A DNA stretch of 64,000 nucleotides, taken from a bacterium. Lineage in GTDB: Bacteria > UBA8248. The notes under the pieces were generated by a model. It did not search any database. It was not told the DNA's origin and saw nothing but the letters and a program-made list of their open reading frames with translations. Of the stretch, positions 19,097-28,036 are shown piece after piece (position 1 is the first letter of the stretch; the number at the start of each line of letters is the position of its first letter). The translations under genes and the position numbers were made by a program. The stretch spans positions 2,784,001 through 2,848,000 of the forward strand of contig OY843592.1 of the NCBI GenBank assembly GCA_963692865.2, written 5' to 3'.

Positions 19097-20098
19097 CTAG
19101 TCGAGTTCTCCCAGTACCTTAAGCGCGCGCTTCACGTCCTCCTCGGGCGTCTCGTCGGGCACGCGGAAAAGCGGCTGCGTGACGCCCGTCTCCCTGAGAG
19201 CGGCCAGCATCTCGTTGCACCGGGATTTGGGGCCGCAGACGGCGAGGTCGTCCACCAGTTCGTCCGAGAGCGCCTCCCCCACCGCCCGGCGGCCGCCCTT
19301 CCGCCAGGCCGCGCGGATGTTGTCGGCGTCCTCCCCGTAGCCCCACCGCGTGAGCTGGGCGTGGTAGTAATCGCCCATCGCGCCGATGTAGAACCCGAGT
19401 TCGGGTTTGACGAGCGAACGCGCGCGCTCCAGATCGTCAAAGGGCGCCGTGTAGACGAAGGGAGCCACGTCGATTTCGGAGACCGCCCTGCCCGCCGATT
19501 CAGCGCCCTCCTCCAGGAATTCAAGCGCGTCCTTCGTCCTCGAAAAAGGAATGCAGAAAGGAATCCAGCCGTCCGCGATCTCTCCGGTCAGCCTCGTGTA
19601 GTTCGGACCATTCGACCCCAGATAAATGGGCAGACGCTCCTGCACCGGCTTTCGCCTGAGCTTGAAGCCGCTCATCCGGTAGATTTCGCCGTCCAGTTCC
19701 ACGCGCTCGCCCCGGAACGCCTGGCGCAGGGCTTCGACCATCTCCCGGGAGCGCTTGAGCGGACTGCCGAAGGGAATCCCGTGCCAGTTCTCGATCACCG
19801 CCTTGCCGCTCGAACCCAGCCCCAGATGGAAACGGCCATCGCTCAACACGTCGAGTTCCGCCGCCGTCTGCGCCATGAGGCCGGGCGTTCTCCCGTAGAT
19901 GTTGAACACCGCGGCGCCCAGCTTGAGCTTGTCCACCGCCTGCGCCGCCATGGCGATGAGTATGCTCCCGTCGCGCACCCAGGTCTCGGGAAACCAGAGC
20001 GAATCGACCCCCGATTCCTCGCACCACCGGGCGAACCGCGGCACGTCGCGCGCGTCGATGGTCTCCTGATGCCACAAAACGACCCCTTTTTTCGTCAT
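19097..20098 (-). CDS. LLM class (F420/flavin-dependent) oxidoreductase
   Basis: LWFPETW, RTPGLMAQTAAELDVLSDGRFHLGLG, PIYLG, GEIADGW. Confidence 0.9.
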   Translation of the reverse strand: MTKKGVVLWHQETIDARDVPRFARWCEESGVDSLWFPETWVRDGSILIAMAAQAVDKLKLGAAVFNIYGRTPGLMAQTAAELDVLSDGRFHLGLGSSGKAVIENWHGIPFGSPLKRSREMVEALRQAFRGERVELDGEIYRMSGFKLRRKPVQERLPIYLGSNGPNYTRLTGEIADGWIPFCIPFSRTKDALEFLEEGAESAGRAVSEIDVAPFVYTAPFDDLERARSLVKPELGFYIGAMGDYYHAQLTRWGYGEDADNIRAAWRKGGRRAVGEALSDELVDDLAVCGPKSRCNEMLAALRETGVTQPLFRVPDETPEEDVKRALKVLGELD

Positions 20099-20142
20099 GA
20101 ACCGACTCCCTTTTGACAACGGCAACTCATCGAGTTTCGCGC

Positions 20143-20171
20143 TTGACAGACGCGAGCATCTTCCCTATAAA
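20143..20171 (+). promoter_or_regulatory. Near-consensus sigma70 promoter of the DEAD-box helicase
   Basis: TTGACA-17 bp-TATAAA, ending 8 nt before GTG 20180. Confidence 0.65.
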
Positions 20172-20179
20172 CACTCACC

Positions 20180-21904
20180 GTGAGAATAATCAAACGTTTA
20201 GCGAGCATCATAAGCTCCAAAAGCAAAGCAGAAGCCCCTGAAAGCCAGTCCAGTCCCAAGGTTCAGGAATCCGCTTCCATGTCATCCGCAGACAATGCCG
20301 CGCGGAAAGACCCGCATTCCGCCTCGACGTCCCCAAATGGTGAATCTCCCAAGAGACAAACCGACCCGCAGGAGACGAAGTCCGCGAAACCGCGCCGCAG
20401 GCGCAGGCGTTCGCGCGCAAAACAAAATAATGGAGAAACCTTGCATAAGCAAAACGCAACGAAAGTAGAATCGAAAAAACCGGAAAACGACGAGCAGCCA
20501 TCCAAAAACCGAAGGAAAAGAAGGCGCCGCAGCAAGAAAAAACCCGCAACAGTCGGAGCGCAGGCCGCGCCGCAATCCCCCCGGAAGGACACGGGCGCAT
20601 CGTATAACGGCATCACCTACCAGAAGGACCCCGCCGACCTCGGCGTAGGCGATTTCGACCCGGCCGAGGCGCCCGAGGGATTCCGGGAACTCGGCTTCAG
20701 CGCGGAGTTGCTCCGCGGGATTCATGCCCTCGGGTTCGGCGCGCCCACTCCCATCCAGCGGGAGGCGATTCCCGTCGCGCGCGAAGGCCGCGACATCATC
20801 GGCTGCGCCCAGACAGGCACGGGGAAAACGGCCTCGTTCGCCCTGCCGACGATCGAGCGGCTGCAAGGCGGGTCGGGGACGCGGTGCCTCGTCCTGACCC
20901 CCACGCGGGAGCTGGCCATCCAGGTCTCGGAGCAATTCCACAGGCTGGGGAAACACATCGAAACCTCGTGCGCCGTCATCTACGGCGGGGTGGACTACGA
21001 GCCGCAGTTCCAGGCCTTTCAGGAGAAAGTGGACATCGTCGTCGCCACGCCCGGCAGGCTGCTCGATCACCTCAACCGGAAATCCGTTCATTTCAGGAAA
21101 CTGGAGATACTCATCATCGACGAGGCCGACCGCATGCTGGACATGGGCTTCGCCGAGGAGATCACCGAAATCCTCAAACGCCTGCCTCAAAAGCGGCAGA
21201 CCATGCTCTTCTCCGCCACCATGCCCCCAAAAATCCAGGATCTGGCGAACCGCGCGGTGAGCGACCCGGCGCAAATCAACATCTCGCCGCCCTCGACCCC
21301 GGCGGAGGGCATCCACCACGGCGTCTACCCCATCAGCATGGCGAACAAGCCGCGCGGCGTGCTGGGCATCATCGACAAATACAACCCCACCAGCGTCCTC
21401 ATCTTTACGAGAACCAAGGCCGGGGCCGATGTGTTGTGCGATTTCCTGGTAAACGAGAAAATTTCCGTCGCCAAAATTCACTCCGACAGAAGCCAGCGCC
21501 AGAGGGAGAACGCGCTGGCGGGCTTTCGCCAGGGCAAGCACCGCATTCTCGTGGCGACGGATATCGTCTCGCGCGGCATCGACGTGACGGGCATCTCGCA
21601 CGTCATCAATTACGACGTGCCCGAATACCCCGAGGACTACGTGCACCGCGCGGGCAGGACGGCGCGCGCGGGCCGCATCGGCTACGCCATGACGCTCATG
21701 TCGCCCGGCGAAATCACGCCCGTCAAGAACATCGAGCGCTTCATCGGCAAGGCGCTGCCCAGGGTCGGCATCGAGGATTTCGCAGACGACATCCACCAGC
21801 AAAATCTCGAGAGTGAACCCAAGCCCCTGGTCGGACAACCCACCGTCGCGCGTTACGAGCGGCTCCGCAAAATGCCGCGCCGCACCGGCCTCTCGCTGCG
21901 CTAG
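20180..21904 (+). CDS. DEAD-box RNA helicase (RhlE/RhlB-like) with long basic N-terminal extension
   Basis: Q motif PTPIQ, AQTGTGKT, PTRELA, TPGRL, DEAD, SAT, RGID, HRAGRTAR; start codon uncertain. Confidence 0.93.
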   Translation: MRIIKRLASIISSKSKAEAPESQSSPKVQESASMSSADNAARKDPHSASTSPNGESPKRQTDPQETKSAKPRRRRRRSRAKQNNGETLHKQNATKVESKKPENDEQPSKNRRKRRRRSKKKPATVGAQAAPQSPRKDTGASYNGITYQKDPADLGVGDFDPAEAPEGFRELGFSAELLRGIHALGFGAPTPIQREAIPVAREGRDIIGCAQTGTGKTASFALPTIERLQGGSGTRCLVLTPTRELAIQVSEQFHRLGKHIETSCAVIYGGVDYEPQFQAFQEKVDIVVATPGRLLDHLNRKSVHFRKLEILIIDEADRMLDMGFAEEITEILKRLPQKRQTMLFSATMPPKIQDLANRAVSDPAQINISPPSTPAEGIHHGVYPISMANKPRGVLGIIDKYNPTSVLIFTRTKAGADVLCDFLVNEKISVAKIHSDRSQRQRENALAGFRQGKHRILVATDIVSRGIDVTGISHVINYDVPEYPEDYVHRAGRTARAGRIGYAMTLMSPGEITPVKNIERFIGKALPRVGIEDFADDIHQQNLESEPKPLVGQPTVARYERLRKMPRRTGLSLR

Positions 21905-22004
21905 CTCGATTCGGAAAATGCGAAAATGGAGAATGCGAGTCCGTATTTTCCGGCGGCCCGATATTGAACAAAGATATAATTCAGGATTTGTGTTCGCCCG
22001 CGTA

Positions 22005-22033
22005 TTGACCTCCGCCGGGGTCTGGGCTAGATT
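22005..22033 (+). promoter_or_regulatory. Sigma70-type promoter of the HU gene
   Basis: TTGACC-17 bp-TAGATT. Confidence 0.55.
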
Positions 22034-22107
22034 AGCCGTCAATTATCCCACAGGTTCAATGAACCCGAGAATTTCTATAAAGCCCGAACGTTCTGGGAGA
22101 CCATGAA

Positions 22108-22383
22108 ATGCAAAAATCCGACCTGATTGAAAAAATCGCCGGGGACGCCGGCATATCGAAAGCAGCGGCGGACCGCGCTCTCAAGTCCCTGCTCGACTCC
22201 GTAACGCAATCCCTGAAGAAGGGGGACCGCGTTTCCCTGGTCGGATTCGGAACCTTTTCTGTTTCCAGGCGCCCCGCGCGCACGGGACGCAATCCGCAAA
22301 CGGGCGAGACAATCTCCATCAAGGCGAGCAAGGCGCCCAAGTTCTCCGCAGGCAAGAGCCTCAAGGACGCAGTGAACAAATAA
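22108..22383 (+). CDS. hup: DNA-binding protein HU
   Basis: [28 protein letters not shown]. Confidence 0.96.
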   Translation: MQKSDLIEKIAGDAGISKAAADRALKSLLDSVTQSLKKGDRVSLVGFGTFSVSRRPARTGRNPQTGETISIKASKAPKFSAGKSLKDAVNK

Positions 22384-22429
22384 ACGCGGGCTCCTGAGGG
22401 CGGCTCGTACAGGAATCGCTACAGGGTAA

Positions 22430-22478
22430 AACCCCCGACGCTGGAGGTGGAATGTCCCGCGTCGGGGATTTTTATTTT
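22430..22478 (+). terminator. Probable terminator after HU
   Basis: CCCCGACGC...GCGTCGGGG stem followed by ATTTTTATTTT. Confidence 0.55.
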
Positions 22479-22539
22479 CAAAAACATTTTGTGGCGGGCG
22501 CCTTCGCCTTTGCTCGGCATCGTTCTCTCTTCGTCCGTC

Positions 22540-22925
22540 GGGGGCTGTTGAAAAACCCCTCCTCACTCGGATTGACCACCGCCTTCATTGTCGTTTCGAT
22601 TGTAGGGGTCGCATAGTATGCGACCCGTATTGTGAAGGCGGAAAGGCCGGGCCGCATGATATGTCAGACATATATGTCTGACCTACAAAAACCGTTCCTC
22701 CCCGGTCGCATAAAACACTCGTTCATCAGGACTTTTTCAACAGACCTTGTCAGGGGGGTAAGAAAAAAAAACAAAAGCCCCCCAACCCGGCAGGGGGCAT
22801 CGCCTTTTTATGTCCCCCTGACAAGGGGGGTGATTTTAAGCCAACGAGAGGCGTAAAGATGGGTGGTTCTTCAATCGAGAGGAGCGTCCCCTCTACCTAT
22901 GGCAAGGGCTTTTTCAACAACACGA
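22540..22925. repeat. Composite MITE/REP cluster
   Basis: GGGGCTGTTGAAAAACCCC start, two TTTTTCAACA ends (about 22733, 22910), GTAG-REP pair 22602-22686, CCTTGTCAGGGGG/CCCCCTGACAAGG inverted pair. Confidence 0.82.
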
Positions 22926-22948
22926 TTTGGCGCTGCTTGGAAACAACC

Positions 22949-24037
22949 TCAGGCGAGGAAGTCCTTGAACTTCGAGAGGAAGCGCGCATTCTCCGCCTCG
23001 AGTCCGACGGTGACGCGAATCCATCCGGGATGCCCGAACGCGCTGCCGGGACGAACGATGACGCCTTCGCGCATCAGGGCGTCCGTCGCCGCGTCGCCCT
23101 CGCCCACGCGCACGAAGATGAAATTGGCCTGGCTCTCGACGTATTCGAGCCCCATCCCGCCGAACGCCGCATAGAGCGCTTCCCTCCCCGCCCGCACCAG
23201 AGCGACGGCGCGCTCCTTGTAGTCGTCGTCCTCCAGAGCGGCCAGGGCCGCCGCCTGCGCGAGCTGGTTCACGTTGAAGGGATCGCGAACGCGGTTCATG
23301 TACTCGACGACGCCCTCGCGGCTCACGGCGAAGCCCACGCGGAGGCCGGCCAGGCCGTAGATTTTCGAGAACGAGCGCAAAACGACGAGCGGAAAGCGGT
23401 CGATCAGGGAGACGCTGTCGGGATACGCCGGGTCGTCAACGAAATCGCCGTAGGCCTCATCCAGGAGCACGAGGAGGCCTTCGGGCAGTTTTTCGAGAAA
23501 GGAGACGAGTTCATCCTCGGCCAATATCCCGCCCGTGGGGTTGTTCGGCGAACACAGGAACACGATTTTCGTGCGCGCGGAAACGTTGTCGAGAACATCG
23601 CCCAAGTTTATTTTCATGTCCCGCAAGGGAGAGAAAACGACGCTCGCGCCCATCACCCGGCTCACGTGCGCATAGGGGCTGAAGGTGGGCCGGGGGATAA
23701 CCACCTCGTCGCCTTCGTTCAGGAACGTTCTGCCTAGGACGGAGAGCACGTCGTCGCCCCCGTTTCCCATGAACACCCGCGCCGGGGAGACGCCCAGTTT
23801 CTGCGCCAACCGGCCCGCCAGCGCCTTCGCCCCGCCGTCGGGATAGCGATGCAGGCCGTCGAGCGCGCCGCGAATCGCATCCATCGCGCCGGGCACGGGG
23901 CCGAGCGCGTTCTCGTTGCTGGCGAGCTTGACGACCTCGCTCAGCCCGTACTCGGCGGCCACCTCCTCGATGGAGCGCCCCGGAACATAAGCCTCAAGCG
24001 AGGAGACGCCTTTTCTCAGTAACTCTTCCACGTTCAC
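22949..24037 (-). CDS. hisC: Histidinol-phosphate aminotransferase
   Basis: KLASNEN, RYPD, GNGGDD, CSPNNPTG, DEAY, RSFSKIYGLAGLRVG, WIRVTVG. Confidence 0.95.
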   Translation of the reverse strand: MNVEELLRKGVSSLEAYVPGRSIEEVAAEYGLSEVVKLASNENALGPVPGAMDAIRGALDGLHRYPDGGAKALAGRLAQKLGVSPARVFMGNGGDDVLSVLGRTFLNEGDEVVIPRPTFSPYAHVSRVMGASVVFSPLRDMKINLGDVLDNVSARTKIVFLCSPNNPTGGILAEDELVSFLEKLPEGLLVLLDEAYGDFVDDPAYPDSVSLIDRFPLVVLRSFSKIYGLAGLRVGFAVSREGVVEYMNRVRDPFNVNQLAQAAALAALEDDDYKERAVALVRAGREALYAAFGGMGLEYVESQANFIFVRVGEGDAATDALMREGVIVRPGSAFGHPGWIRVTVGLEAENARFLSKFKDFLA

Positions 24038-24149
24038 AGTCTTGCACCTCTCTTTACCGTCTTCGCCTCAAACTCCTCGAACGGCGAACATATAGACCAT
24101 TCAAGGCGATTTGACCATACACTCCCAGACGGGCGCGCACATGGGGTTG

Positions 24150-24640
24150 TTGCCCCCCTGACAGGGATTTTTGAAAAACCTAATTCCGTGAGCGGGCGAA
24201 TTTGGCGCTTCCTCATCAGTCGCGTTTGACCCTCCCTACTCGGTCGAATCAAACCCTCATCTTGCGTGGCTGCCGTATCGATCTCACCCTGAGTAGCCGC
24301 CGAAGGCGGCGTATCGAAGGGCGCTCCCCTTCGATACGTTGACGACAGGCCCTTCGACGTGCTCCTTATGCGCTCCCTCGATACGGCGCGCAAGCGCGCC
24401 TGCTCGGGATGAGGAAGTTAGTACGCGCAAGGGTGGCAAATGCGCCACAGGCGCTTTTCCCTTGATGGGCTTTTTCAACAACCCTGGCAAGGGGGGTGGG
24501 GGTTCGGAGGGAATCACACTTCACCAGCCCCACTCCCTCGGCTTGAAAAGCATCCCCCTTACTGCTCTCGCCTTGAAAGGCAACCCCCCTGTCAGGGGGT
24601 AAAAACGATGCCTCCGGCGAGGGATTTTTTAACAACCCCA
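24150..24640. repeat. Composite MITE/REP cluster
   Basis: CCTGAGTAGCCGCCGAAGGCGGCGTATCGAAGG at 24288, also at 56941; TTTTTCAACAACCC ends; CCCCCTGACAGGG and CCCCCTGTCAGGGGG palindromes. Confidence 0.8.
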
Positions 24641-24767
24641 CATAGAGCCCCCTTACGAAGGAACCGCACATCGTCATACGCCATGAAGCCCGGAATGTCG
24701 ATGCGTTGCCCTCGGTGAGGGGGACGGGATAGAATATCCCTAACCAGCCGTCGAACGGAGACTCGTC

Positions 24768-25616
24768 TTGAGCGATGCGAAGCCCGACGTGAAACTGAAA
24801 AGACTCCAGGAAACCCTCGAAGAGATGGGGAGCGTTCTGGTCGCGTTCTCAGCGGGCGTGGACAGCACCTTTCTGGCCAAGGTCGCCCATGAAGTTCTCG
24901 GTGCGGGAGCGCTCGCCGTAACGGGCCGCTCCGTTACCCTCGCGGCGTCCGAACTCGAAGAATCCGGCATACTCGCGGCGCAAATCGGGATTCGCCACAT
25001 CATCGTGGACACCGACGAGATCGCGGATGAATCGTTCGGGAACAACCCGCCGAACCGCTGTTATTTCTGCAAGAACGAGCTTTATTCCGTCCTGAGCCGC
25101 GTGGCGGCCGAGGAGAAGACGGCCGTCATCGTCGACGGCTCGAACGCCGACGACGTGGGCGACCACCGCCCCGGAATGCAGGCGGCGCGCGAGCTGGGCG
25201 TGAGAAGCCCGCTCATGGAAGCGGGCATGACGAAAGCGGACATCCGAAGCCTCTCCCAATCGTTCGGCCTCCCCACCTGGGATAAGCCCGCGCAGGCGTG
25301 CCTCTCCAGCCGGTTCCCCTACGGAGACCGCATCACGCCCGAGAAGATCGCCCAGGTCGAAAAGGCGGAAAGCGGCCTGCGGGCGCTGGGCTTCCGGCAG
25401 TTGCGGGTGCGCCACCACGGCGACGTCGCCAGAATCGAGGTGCCGAAGAACGACATCGCGCGGCTGGTCGACCAGGAGACCTCCAGGCAGGTGATCGCCC
25501 GCATGAAAGAGGCCGGCTTCACCTACGTGACCATCGATCTCGAAGGATTCCGCTCGGGGAGCATGAACGAAGTGCTCAAGTCCGCGCGCGGCTCCGACCT
25601 GCTCATCCTCTCGTGA
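24768..25616 (+). CDS. larE: ATP-dependent sulfur transferase LarE (PP-loop)
   Basis: AFSAGVDST PP-loop, RCYFCK, DGSNADD, RPG, WDKPAQACLSSR, GFRSGSMN. Confidence 0.93.
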   Translation: MSDAKPDVKLKRLQETLEEMGSVLVAFSAGVDSTFLAKVAHEVLGAGALAVTGRSVTLAASELEESGILAAQIGIRHIIVDTDEIADESFGNNPPNRCYFCKNELYSVLSRVAAEEKTAVIVDGSNADDVGDHRPGMQAARELGVRSPLMEAGMTKADIRSLSQSFGLPTWDKPAQACLSSRFPYGDRITPEKIAQVEKAESGLRALGFRQLRVRHHGDVARIEVPKNDIARLVDQETSRQVIARMKEAGFTYVTIDLEGFRSGSMNEVLKSARGSDLLILS

Positions 25617-26371
25617 ACCCGAACCTCATTCTCGAACTCCTCGAACAGGTGAAAGAGGGCCGCCTCGCGCCGGATGACGCCGCTGCGCGCCTTCGGGACC
25701 TGCCCTTCGAGGATCTGGGGCACACGCGGGTGGACCATCACCGCGCCCTCAGGAACGGCTTTCCCGAGGTCGTCTTCGGCGCGGGAAAAACCAGGGAGCA
25801 GGTCGTCGAAATCGCAAGGAGCCTGATGGCGAAAGACCAAACCGTCATGGTCACCCACGCGGGCGCCGAGCAGGCGGAAGCCCTGCTCGAACTCTCTCCC
25901 CGCGCGAACCACCACGAAACCGCGCGCATCGTCGAAATCCCGTGCCAGAACCCGCCCGCTCCGGTCGGCTCGGTCGCTATCGTTTGCGCCGGCACCTCCG
26001 ACATGCCCGTGGCCGAGGAGGCGGCGGTTACCGCGCGCATCCTCGGTTCGAATGTGACGCGCGTCTACGACGTGGGCGTGGCGGGCCTGCACCGCCTCCT
26101 GGCGGAAGTCGAGACCCTGCGCGAGGCGAACGCCGTCATCACGGTGGCGGGCATGGAGGGCGCCCTGCCCTCGGTGGTCGCCGGTCTGGTGGCGCGCCCC
26201 GTCATCGCGGTGCCCACGTCCGTGGGCTACGGCGCGAACCTGGGCGGACTCACGGCGCTTTTCGCCATGCTGAACTCGTGCGCCTCTGGCCTGAGCGTGG
26301 TGAACATCGACAACGGCTTCGGCGCGGCCTGCCAGGCGCACCTCATCAACAGGCAGACGGCCGCCTCGTGA
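25613..26371 (+). CDS. larB: Nickel-pincer cofactor carboxylase LarB
   Basis: DHHRALRNGFPEVV, AGTSD, DVGVAGLHRL, AGMEGALPS, PTSVGYG, VVNIDNGFGAA; GTGA overlap with larE. Confidence 0.94.
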   Translation: MNPNLILELLEQVKEGRLAPDDAAARLRDLPFEDLGHTRVDHHRALRNGFPEVVFGAGKTREQVVEIARSLMAKDQTVMVTHAGAEQAEALLELSPRANHHETARIVEIPCQNPPAPVGSVAIVCAGTSDMPVAEEAAVTARILGSNVTRVYDVGVAGLHRLLAEVETLREANAVITVAGMEGALPSVVAGLVARPVIAVPTSVGYGANLGGLTALFAMLNSCASGLSVVNIDNGFGAACQAHLINRQTAAS

Positions 26372-27603
26372 AGACGATCTACTTCGACTGCTTCGCGGGG
26401 GCGGCGGGCGACATGCTCGTGGGCGCCCTGATAGACGTAGGCCTCGACTTCAAGGCCCTTGAAGGCGAGCTCGCGAAACTCGAAGTCGGGGGCTACTTTC
26501 TTTCTTCCGATAGCGTTATTAAACAAGGAGTTACATCCCGAAAGTTCAGCGTGAACATTACGCAGAAAACCCGCCATCACCATCACGAAGGGCATCATCA
26601 CGGCGCGCACCATCATGGCCGCTCCTACACGCAGATCCGGGAAATACTCGAAAAAGCGCCGATTCCCGAGATTCCCAAAAGCCGCGCCATCCGAGCCTTT
26701 CACCGCCTGGGCGTCGTGGAGGCGGGCATCCACGGCGTCGATCTCGACGCGGTCCATTTCCACGAAGTCGGCGCGGTGGATTCCATCATCGACGTTACGG
26801 GCTATTTTCTGGGCCTCCACATGCTGGGCGTCGAGCGGGTGGCGGCTTCTCCGCTGCCGATGGGGAGCGGGTTCGCGCAGTGCGCGCACGGGCGGATGCC
26901 GGTTCCGGCGCCCGCGACCGCCAAGCTGCTCGAAGGCATACCCGTGGCGAAGAGCAACCTCGAGGGCGAGGCGCTGACGCCCACGGGGGCCCTGCTGCTC
27001 ACGGAGAGCGCGGCGTTTTTCGGCCCCATGCCCGAGATGACGATAACGCGGGTGGGCTACGGCGCGGGCGACAAGGACCAGCCGGACACCCCGAACGCCG
27101 TTCGCGCATTCCTGGGGGAGAGCGAAGCGGGCGCCGAGGGCGACGGGCCACCCAACGCGGTCGCCGTGCTCGAAGCCAACATCGACGACATGAACCCCGA
27201 GCTTTTTCCGCACGTCATCGAAGGGGCGCTCAAAGAAGGCGCGCTCGACGCGTTCTCCATGCCCGTGACGGGCAAGAAGGGAAGGCCCGGGCAACTGCTC
27301 ACGATTTTAAGCCCTCTCGCGAAACAGGACGCCCTCACACGCTTCATGTTCCGCGAAACCTCGACCCTGGGCGTCCGCCGCCGCACGACGCATCGCGCGG
27401 TCGCCGGGCGCGCGTGGGTGGAGGTCGACCTCCCCTGGGGCCGGGTGCGCGTAAAAAAAGGAACCTTCGAGGGTGCCCTCACGAATCTCGCACCCGAATA
27501 CGAGGATTGCAGGCGTCTGGCCGAGGAAAGCGGGGTTCCGCTCAAGGAGGTAATGGAGGCGGCCCTCGCGCGCGCGAGAGAGATGACGGGGAGCGGGTGT
27601 TGA
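26368..27603 (+). CDS. larC: Nickel insertase LarC
   Basis: YFDCFAGAAGDM, His-rich tract, HFHEVGAVDSI, PVPAPAT, TPTG, EANIDD, ETSTLGVR, PEYEDC; uninterrupted frame. Confidence 0.95.
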   Translation: MKTIYFDCFAGAAGDMLVGALIDVGLDFKALEGELAKLEVGGYFLSSDSVIKQGVTSRKFSVNITQKTRHHHHEGHHHGAHHHGRSYTQIREILEKAPIPEIPKSRAIRAFHRLGVVEAGIHGVDLDAVHFHEVGAVDSIIDVTGYFLGLHMLGVERVAASPLPMGSGFAQCAHGRMPVPAPATAKLLEGIPVAKSNLEGEALTPTGALLLTESAAFFGPMPEMTITRVGYGAGDKDQPDTPNAVRAFLGESEAGAEGDGPPNAVAVLEANIDDMNPELFPHVIEGALKEGALDAFSMPVTGKKGRPGQLLTILSPLAKQDALTRFMFRETSTLGVRRRTTHRAVAGRAWVEVDLPWGRVRVKKGTFEGALTNLAPEYEDCRRLAEESGVPLKEVMEAALARAREMTGSGC

Positions 27604-27672
27604 AGGTCCGCATTCTCAGATGATGCGCCGGACGCGGCGCAAGCCCGGTAAGAAAGAGTCGAGAAATCATCC

Positions 27673-27915
27673 ATGAAGATCCGCCTGAAATTGTTCGCCG
27701 ATTTCGCCGATAAAATGCCGCCCGAGCAGGACGCGGAGGGCGTCGCCGAGATCACGCTGCCCGAGGGCGCGAGCGTGTACGACGTGCTCGACCGATTCGG
27801 GATTCCCTACGAGGAGGCCTACATCGTCCTGCTCGACGGGCGGCACGCGAAGAAATCGGTCGTGATACCGGCGGGTGCGGAGCTTTGCGTGTTCCCGCCC
27901 ATCGTGGGAGGGTGA
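27673..27915 (+). CDS. MoaD/ThiS ubiquitin-like sulfur carrier protein
   Basis: 80 aa, IRLKLFA N-terminus, FPPIVGG C-terminal di-glycine. Confidence 0.88.
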   Translation: MKIRLKLFADFADKMPPEQDAEGVAEITLPEGASVYDVLDRFGIPYEEAYIVLLDGRHAKKSVVIPAGAELCVFPPIVGG

Positions 27916-28036
27916 GGAGAGAGGCTGAACAGCATCCGAAGAGGAAAACAGGTCAAACACAGGGGCAAACACGCAGGTTCGCTCTACGTCATTTTTGCCT
28001 TCGATTCTGTTATTTCTTACTTTTCTTCTGCACGAC

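Noticed and set aside
20282-22042. Long antisense or alternative-frame ORFs (also 4983-6287, 11290-12633, 14163-15524, 40394-41944, 45370-46647, 50813-52267)
   Set aside because: Shadow ORFs expected from high-GC codon bias opposite well-supported genes
22043-22052. DnaA box upstream of HU (TTATCCCACA)
   Set aside because: Extra C relative to TTATCCACA, single copy, no dnaA/dnaN context
26368-27603. Programmed frameshift in larC as seen in some lactobacilli
   Set aside because: The frame is continuous through both LarC halves
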